Source: Haloquadratum walsbyi C23 (lineage in GTDB: Archaea > Halobacteriota > Halobacteria > Halobacteriales > Haloferacaceae). Taken from it: a stretch of 32,000 bases of DNA. A program made the translations under genes and the position numbers. Positions 26,712 through 32,000 of the stretch are shown piece by piece; positions within the stretch are counted from its first letter, which is position 1, and every line of letters begins with the position of its first letter. The stretch lies in the NCBI RefSeq assembly GCF_000237865.1, contig NC_017459.1, positions 660,001 to 692,000 of the forward strand, in the 5' to 3' direction. Below the pieces are notes generated by a model. That model was not told the DNA's origin. It saw only the letters and a program-made list of their open reading frames with translations, and did no database searches.

Positions 26712-28358
26712 TCACCCTCGACGATACCACACAGCACTGCCAATGATGATAATCAAAATACTCCCACCAATAATCGGCGCTGACAATGGCAATGATAATC
26801 CACCCTGATCTGCTGGCTGTTGAATATTGACTGGTACCTTGTATGTTTTCGAAATCTTTGTTTCTCCGCTTGGGAGATCATACTGAAAATCAACCGCAAA
26901 TGGATATGTCTTCGATTCAAGAGCACCACTATCAGCACTCAATGGCATCACAATTGTCGTTGTTTCACCTGAGTCAAGTGCAGCAATAAATGCCTCATCA
27001 TTACTGCTTGCCAATGGTGCATCTAAGAACGCTTTCGCTTCAATACTCTCAAGCGGTTGCTCACCATTATTAGTCACTTGTAATTTAAATTCTGTCTGTC
27101 CCCCGGCAGTGACCGTTTCCTCGGTCGCTTGAATAATAAACCGATCACGCTGTTCACGCACCGCTGCTGTTGCTTGTAGCATATCACTTGTTCGACGACT
27201 CCCACGTTCTGTATTATACTGGACAGTCAGTGAAAATTGCTGAGGGGTTGCTGTTGCTGCCTCACTTATATCAATATCATACTGCACTTGCGCTGTTTCA
27301 CCTGGGCGGAGTGTCGAAAGCGCATATTCGCTGGTCGTAATATCAATATTCTGATTATTGACTGAGATAATTGACACTGGATTAAATACTGGCTGTGGAC
27401 CGGTGTTTTCAATTATCGCTGTCAATGTTCCTTCAGTTCCAACCCGGAGTGCTGTATCAACTGAATTAACCGCGAACGTTTGCTCTGGTATTGTGGCAAC
27501 ACCAGCACTGAGCGCTGTTGATGTCTGCTCAATCCCGTTTCGATCGGTATATCCAACATCAAGATCAAGCGTGTAATTTCGTAGTGCGGCGGTGTCAGCA
27601 ATGTGCGCTCGATAGGTTATTGTTCGTCGTTCGCCCGGCTCCCATTCCTGTCCAGCGTATGCAGTTGATGATTCAGAATCGCTTCCAAAGGTAAGTTCGT
27701 CACTTTTCGATGTTGCTGTGACACTTGCATCGAAAGCTGTGCGACTCCCGGTGTTCATTAAAGTAAGCCTAATTGTTCGGTCATCACCAATTTGCCCGAC
27801 TGCGTTTTGCCCGGTCACTTTGAATTGCGCCTCTTCACGAACGGTGATCTCAACACTTGTTGACGCTCGCTCAGTAAAATCATTATATTCGACATTCTCT
27901 GTGTTGTATGAAGCTATCCGTGTGTATGCGTACTCATACTCAAGCGGTATCTCGTAGTCCCCTGGAGGAATCCCCTCTGGAATTGTCACTGTAATTGGCG
28001 GTGTCTGAGTCGTTCCTGTCTCCACATTCCCAACAGAAATTGTTCCAGTATCAATTTCAATCGGCGTTTTTTCATCTGCAAATTCAACTGTAAGTGCTCG
28101 CGCGGTAGTCACACGCGTCTCATATTCATCCGGTCCCCCTTTGTCAATCCGTCCGCGATTAGTCAGTGTAAATTGCACCTCCGCCTCCGTTCCAGCACTC
28201 ACCGTCTGCTGAACAGAACTTACCGAAATACTTGGACGACCAAGGACCTGTCCTGTCGGGTCAATTTGTGCAAGGGCAATTGCCGGTCCAACTGCTGAGA
28301 TGAGTATAAGACCAACAAGAAGCCCCACAATGAATGACCGATTCATACATCTAATCAT
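26712..28358 (-). CDS. Membrane-anchored cell-surface protein with four beta-sandwich (COG1361/CARDB/DUF11-like) repeats (paralogue of 22004-23659)
   Basis: 548-aa ORF with an N-terminal signal/anchor (FIVGLLVGLILISAVGPAIALAQ). It has four repeats (..FTLTNRG.., ..LTLMNTGS.., ..AIIENTGP.., ..LQVTNNGE..). A C-terminal TM helix is followed by WYRRG. Confidence 0.7.
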   Translation of the reverse strand: MIRCMNRSFIVGLLVGLILISAVGPAIALAQIDPTGQVLGRPSISVSSVQQTVSAGTEAEVQFTLTNRGRIDKGGPDEYETRVTTARALTVEFADEKTPIEIDTGTISVGNVETGTTQTPPITVTIPEGIPPGDYEIPLEYEYAYTRIASYNTENVEYNDFTERASTSVEITVREEAQFKVTGQNAVGQIGDDRTIRLTLMNTGSRTAFDASVTATSKSDELTFGSDSESSTAYAGQEWEPGERRTITYRAHIADTAALRNYTLDLDVGYTDRNGIEQTSTALSAGVATIPEQTFAVNSVDTALRVGTEGTLTAIIENTGPQPVFNPVSIISVNNQNIDITTSEYALSTLRPGETAQVQYDIDISEAATATPQQFSLTVQYNTERGSRRTSDMLQATAAVREQRDRFIIQATEETVTAGGQTEFKLQVTNNGEQPLESIEAKAFLDAPLASSNDEAFIAALDSGETTTIVMPLSADSGALESKTYPFAVDFQYDLPSGETKISKTYKVPVNIQQPADQGGLSLPLSAPIIGGSILIIIIGSAVWYRRG

Positions 28359-28701
28359 AATCGGCTGAATACACCAATAGCTATAGATAGGATCTGTCGA
28401 TACCGATCACGAATGTTTCCGTCAAAACACAATTGCCAGCATTCTGAATTATTCATAAATGAGAGCCATTCCTGCCACTCACAGTGGTGGGATCTCTTCG
28501 AAGTAAAGTGAGAAGTGATTGATTGCATATATCAATCGCCGGTCACGCCGATGAATATACTTTATGACCACGTTCAGAAGATAACACCTATTCACTGATC
28601 GTCAGTAATGGCTTTGAGACGCCCGAAAACACGGAGTATAGATATCGACTATACTCGCACCGACCCGAAGTCTCTTATGAGGTCCCACCATACGTTATGT
28701 A

Positions 28702-29919
28702 ATGAGTGATACTGTGAACGACGTCGACCTCCCGTATGATGAGGAGACGGCGTCGCAGCAGGAAAAGATTCAGGCGCTTCGTGAGCGTCTCGACATCCTC
28801 GAGTCACAAAATGAGGAGATGCGAGATAAACTGCTGGACGCGAATGCAGAGAATAATAAATATCAACAGAAACTCGAACGGTTGACACATGAAAATAAGA
28901 AACTCAAGCAATCGCCGTTATTTGTTGCAACGGTACAAGAAATAACGAATAACGGCATTGTAATCAAACAACACGGCAATAATCAGGAGGCTCTTACCGA
29001 GGTCACTGACGAGATGCGAACGGAATTAGAGCCAGATACACGTGTTGCGGTCAACAATTCGCTTTCTGTCGTGAAACGGCTTGATGATGAGACTGATGTC
29101 CGTGCACGAGTGATGCAGGTCGAACATAGTCCGTCTATCAGATATGATGATATCGGTGGACTGGAAACACAAATGCAAGAAGTACGCGAAACCGTCGAGA
29201 TGCCACTAAAATCGCCAGAAATGTTCGAGACGGTTGGTATTCAGCCACCATCTGGTGTTCTTTTGTATGGACCACCAGGAACTGGGAAAACCATGCTCGC
29301 GAAAGCTGTTGCCAACCAGACGGATGCCAGTTTCATCAAAATGGCTGGTTCAGAGTTAGTTCATAAATTCATTGGTGAGGGAGCAAAACTTGTTCGTGAT
29401 CTCTTTGAGGTCGCCCGTGAGAATGAACCAGCAGTTATTTTTATTGATGAGATTGATGCGATTGCCTCAAAGCGAACAGATTCAAAGACATCTGGAGATG
29501 CCGAGGTTCAGCGAACAATGATGCAGTTACTTTCAGAAATGGATGGGTTTGATGAACGGGGCGATGTTCGTATTATTGCAGCGACGAACAGATTTGATAT
29601 GCTCGATGAAGCGATTCTCCGCCCAGGTCGATTTGACCGATTGATTGAGGTTCCAAAGCCTGGAATTGAGGGTCGGAAGATCATCTTCCAGATTCATACC
29701 CGTGAGATGAATGTTTCCGATAACGTTGAGTTTGAGCAGTTGGCGGAGATGGCTGATGATGCTTCTGGAGCGGATATCAAGGCAATCTGCACGGAAGCCG
29801 GAATGTTCGCTATTCGTGAGGATCGAACGGAGATTGGAATGGGTGACTTCATTGAAGCATGGGAGAAAATCCAATCCGAATCGAATGCTGATGGCGATAC
29901 GGCACGTGCGTTCGCATAG
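28702..29919 (+). CDS. pan: Proteasome-activating nucleotidase (AAA+ ATPase)
   Basis: 405-aa ORF with an N-terminal coiled coil, an OB domain, Walker A (GPPGTGKT), Walker B (IIFIDEID), a second region of homology, and a C-terminal hydrophobic-Tyr-X-like tail (..RAFA). It closely resembles haloarchaeal PanA as I remember it. Confidence 0.95.
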   Translation: MSDTVNDVDLPYDEETASQQEKIQALRERLDILESQNEEMRDKLLDANAENNKYQQKLERLTHENKKLKQSPLFVATVQEITNNGIVIKQHGNNQEALTEVTDEMRTELEPDTRVAVNNSLSVVKRLDDETDVRARVMQVEHSPSIRYDDIGGLETQMQEVRETVEMPLKSPEMFETVGIQPPSGVLLYGPPGTGKTMLAKAVANQTDASFIKMAGSELVHKFIGEGAKLVRDLFEVARENEPAVIFIDEIDAIASKRTDSKTSGDAEVQRTMMQLLSEMDGFDERGDVRIIAATNRFDMLDEAILRPGRFDRLIEVPKPGIEGRKIIFQIHTREMNVSDNVEFEQLAEMADDASGADIKAICTEAGMFAIREDRTEIGMGDFIEAWEKIQSESNADGDTARAFA

Positions 29920-29984
29920 AGTCAGAAAATAACGAGGATTACGTTGGAGCACCGGATGAATAAACAACCAATAATTAGTAATTA

Positions 29985-30671
29985 ATGGGAAAACCGCGTA
30001 CTGATCGTACACAGCAAGTGGATACCGTTCTACGTCGGCTTGCAGAGAGATATCCAGATTCAACAATCTCACTTCAGTTTTCAAATCGACTCGAACTTCT
30101 GATTGCTGTTGTTCTTTCAGCACAGTGTACTGACGAACGAGTTAACAGCATTACCGCTGATCTGTTTGAAAAGTACGAAACAGCAACTGATTATGCCGCT
30201 GCCGACACTGATGAGCTTGCTGAAGACATCTATGGAATTACGTTTCACAATAACAAAGCAGGTTATCTCAAATCAATTGGTGAGACACTTGCTTCGGATT
30301 ATGATGGTGACGTGCCTGATACAATGGATGAACTCACTGCCCTCTCAGGTGTTGGACGGAAAACGGCAAATGTGGTCTTACAGCATGGACATGATGTTGT
30401 TGAGGGCATCGTTGTTGATACACACGTGCAGCGGATAACCCGCCGACTTGGACTCACAGACGAACAAACACCGAAACAGATTGAGACCGACCTTATGGAA
30501 TCTGTCCCGGAGTCCGAATGGCAGCAATTCACACATCTATTTATTAGTCATGGACGAGAAACTTGTACAGCACAAAACCCTGACTGTACAGACTGTATTC
30601 TTGAAAGTGTCTGTCCATCCTCAAAATGTGATCATGATATTGATCTTGCCTCAAATACACCATGGAAATAA
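29985..30671 (+). CDS. nth: Endonuclease III (DNA glycosylase/AP lyase)
   Basis: 228-aa ORF with the HhH-GPD motif (LSGVGRKTANVVL), a catalytic Lys/Asp context, and the C-terminal 4Fe-4S ligand pattern C-x6-C-x2-C-x5-C (CTAQNPDCTDCILESVC). Confidence 0.95.
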   Translation: MGKPRTDRTQQVDTVLRRLAERYPDSTISLQFSNRLELLIAVVLSAQCTDERVNSITADLFEKYETATDYAAADTDELAEDIYGITFHNNKAGYLKSIGETLASDYDGDVPDTMDELTALSGVGRKTANVVLQHGHDVVEGIVVDTHVQRITRRLGLTDEQTPKQIETDLMESVPESEWQQFTHLFISHGRETCTAQNPDCTDCILESVCPSSKCDHDIDLASNTPWK

Positions 30672-30763
30672 TATCTCCTGTCCTCTTTTTCAATAGATGA
30701 TCGACGTGAACTGTCAGGATGCGGGATAATATTTCAACTCGAAAATGACTCTATCGTATTGAA

Positions 30764-31243
30764 TTAGAGCACATATTTTGTCATATATAAATAAAGTCCA
30801 AGTGACCATGCGAGAAACCACAATCCAACATAGCCGAAGACACCGACCCGAAGCCGTCCACGCCAAGCACTCATGTTCGGGTGGAGATCATTTAGCTCGG
30901 TTTGTTGATCGGGATCATCATAGAATCCAGCGTTTCGCTTGACTTGGAGAATACGGACAATTCCGGTGAGTGCAAAGGCTAATAGCGCATATGCTTGAAG
31001 ACCTAATACTGCATGAAGTGCCACAGCACCACCTAACTGCTGGAGTAGACGCGGAATCATCCACGTTACAACAGGAATTGTATTAAGTATAAGACCTGGA
31101 ATAATAAACTTCAGATGATATGTGAGGACACCCCAGGTGACGGTCTCGGCATCTATCATAATCCATGCACCATATAAATAAAATGGAAGGCTTGCAGTGA
31201 CCATCGATGCAGCGATAAGTGCGATGGTCGACTCTGATAGCAT
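30764..31243 (-). CDS. Hypothetical integral membrane protein (about 4 TM helices)
   Basis: 159-aa ORF with four hydrophobic segments and conserved-looking His residues within helices (YHLKFIIPG, LHAVLG). No family was recognised. Confidence 0.55.
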   Translation of the reverse strand: MLSESTIALIAASMVTASLPFYLYGAWIMIDAETVTWGVLTYHLKFIIPGLILNTIPVVTWMIPRLLQQLGGAVALHAVLGLQAYALLAFALTGIVRILQVKRNAGFYDDPDQQTELNDLHPNMSAWRGRLRVGVFGYVGLWFLAWSLGLYLYMTKYVL

Positions 31244-31369
31244 TGTATATGCTATCTCATGAGCGCAGAGCGCCTAAAATAATCGACTTCGGCTTTTTAT
31301 GTCAACAAATAATAGTGAATCACGGCTGAATCGTCACGCTAACTACGGGGCCGTTCTATAGGTCGTATA

Positions 31370-32000
31370 ATGACGGAGTCCTCGAATGATGAGACAGCAA
31401 TCAGTGACGATACTGATGCAGTAGCGGCCGAGGACGCTGACGATAGCTCTCCTGATCAGATAGATACTGCACAGCAACGAACACATGAGGATGGTGACAG
31501 TTCACAAGGCAGGGATGGAAGTGCGAATGAGCACCCCAATGAAGACGAGCAAGCGATTGCAGAACTTCGCGCGGAAGTCGAGGAAACGTATGATTTTGGG
31601 GACTTTGGTCCAGAGGATATGGCTGAGATGACACTCGAAGAGTGGGAAGCAGCATTTGATCCAGATACGTGGATTGTGGGCGAGGAGCTCCTGGATCGGG
31701 TTGAGACCGAACTTAAGGCACGTGTCGCAATCCGCGAGGTGTTTGGAATCGTTGAACGGACTGAAGAGGGTGGGCAAGACCGTGTTGTTGCATACTCCGA
31801 TAACGGATATGCAACGGTGTTTGCTGATGGGTCTGTTGAGGGGGAGGGAACAATCCGCCGTGATGTTGAGCCAACAGTCGCACTCTGTTCAATGGATAGT
31901 TATGAAACAATGAACCCGCCAGCAGATGCATCACTACCGGAACCGCGGGATGTTGTCAAAGGAAGCGGTGAATTCGGTAATTTGATGTTGCAAATTGTCG
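31370..32000 (+). CDS. Partial CDS (N-terminal 210 codons; runs off window end), acidic conserved hypothetical
   Basis: ATG at 31370, open to the window edge (MTESSNDETAISDD...EAWEAAFDPDTWIVGEELLDRVETELKARVAIREVFGIVERTEEGGQDRVVAYSDNGYATVFADGSVEGEG...). It is missing from the ORF track because no stop lies in the window. The N-terminus is strongly acidic and disordered, followed by a folded-looking domain. Confidence 0.55.
   Translation, partial: MTESSNDETAISDDTDAVAAEDADDSSPDQIDTAQQRTHEDGDSSQGRDGSANEHPNEDEQAIAELRAEVEETYDFGDFGPEDMAEMTLEEWEAAFDPDTWIVGEELLDRVETELKARVAIREVFGIVERTEEGGQDRVVAYSDNGYATVFADGSVEGEGTIRRDVEPTVALCSMDSYETMNPPADASLPEPRDVVKGSGEFGNLMLQIV

Noticed and set aside
1-32000. A scan for CRISPR arrays, rRNA and tRNA genes.
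   Set aside because: I saw no regularly spaced 25-40-nt direct repeats; the only tandem repeat is the 8-mer at 17308-17330. I also saw no rRNA-like conserved blocks, and no cloverleaf-like GC-rich 72-76-nt segments in the spacers by eye. A tRNAscan or Infernal run would be needed to exclude small RNAs formally.

Overview
About 32 kb of a haloarchaeal chromosome. Predicted proteins are strongly acidic and GC looks below 50% by eye, which fits a Haloquadratum-type genome; that assignment is inferred, not searched. The coding backbone is housekeeping: phosphomevalonate/diphosphomevalonate decarboxylase family, NDH-2-like flavoprotein, methylglyoxal synthase, DUF371, a coiled-coil protein, a DUF373 membrane protein, aldo/keto reductase, geranylgeranyl reductase, 2-oxoacid:ferredoxin oxidoreductase alpha/beta, an FNR-like oxidoreductase, acetyl-CoA synthetase, proteasome-activating nucleotidase and endonuclease III. 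Two things stand out. (1) At 19.6-28.4 kb there is a co-directional five-gene block. It holds two diverged copies of a module pairing a multi-beta-sandwich, membrane-anchored surface protein with an HAE3/MMPL-type RND transporter, separated by a small winged-helix regulator. I know of no experimentally defined function for this pairing in archaea, so it is my best candidate for an undescribed envelope export system. (2) The long intergenic regions between 3.1 and 11.9 kb, plus small relics elsewhere, are packed with non-autonomous IS200/IS605 (IS1341-type) debris. This includes four GC-rich 200-480 bp elements that keep only the left end, the last ~350 nt of tnpB and the right end, which is the region that encodes the TnpB guide (omega/re) RNA scaffold. 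It also includes a frameshifted tnpB 3' remnant, a multiply frameshifted tnpA, and several solo right-end hairpins. Two ~437-bp copies differ by compensatory changes in three hairpins, which argues for a conserved fold. No rRNA, tRNA or CRISPR array was recognised by eye.
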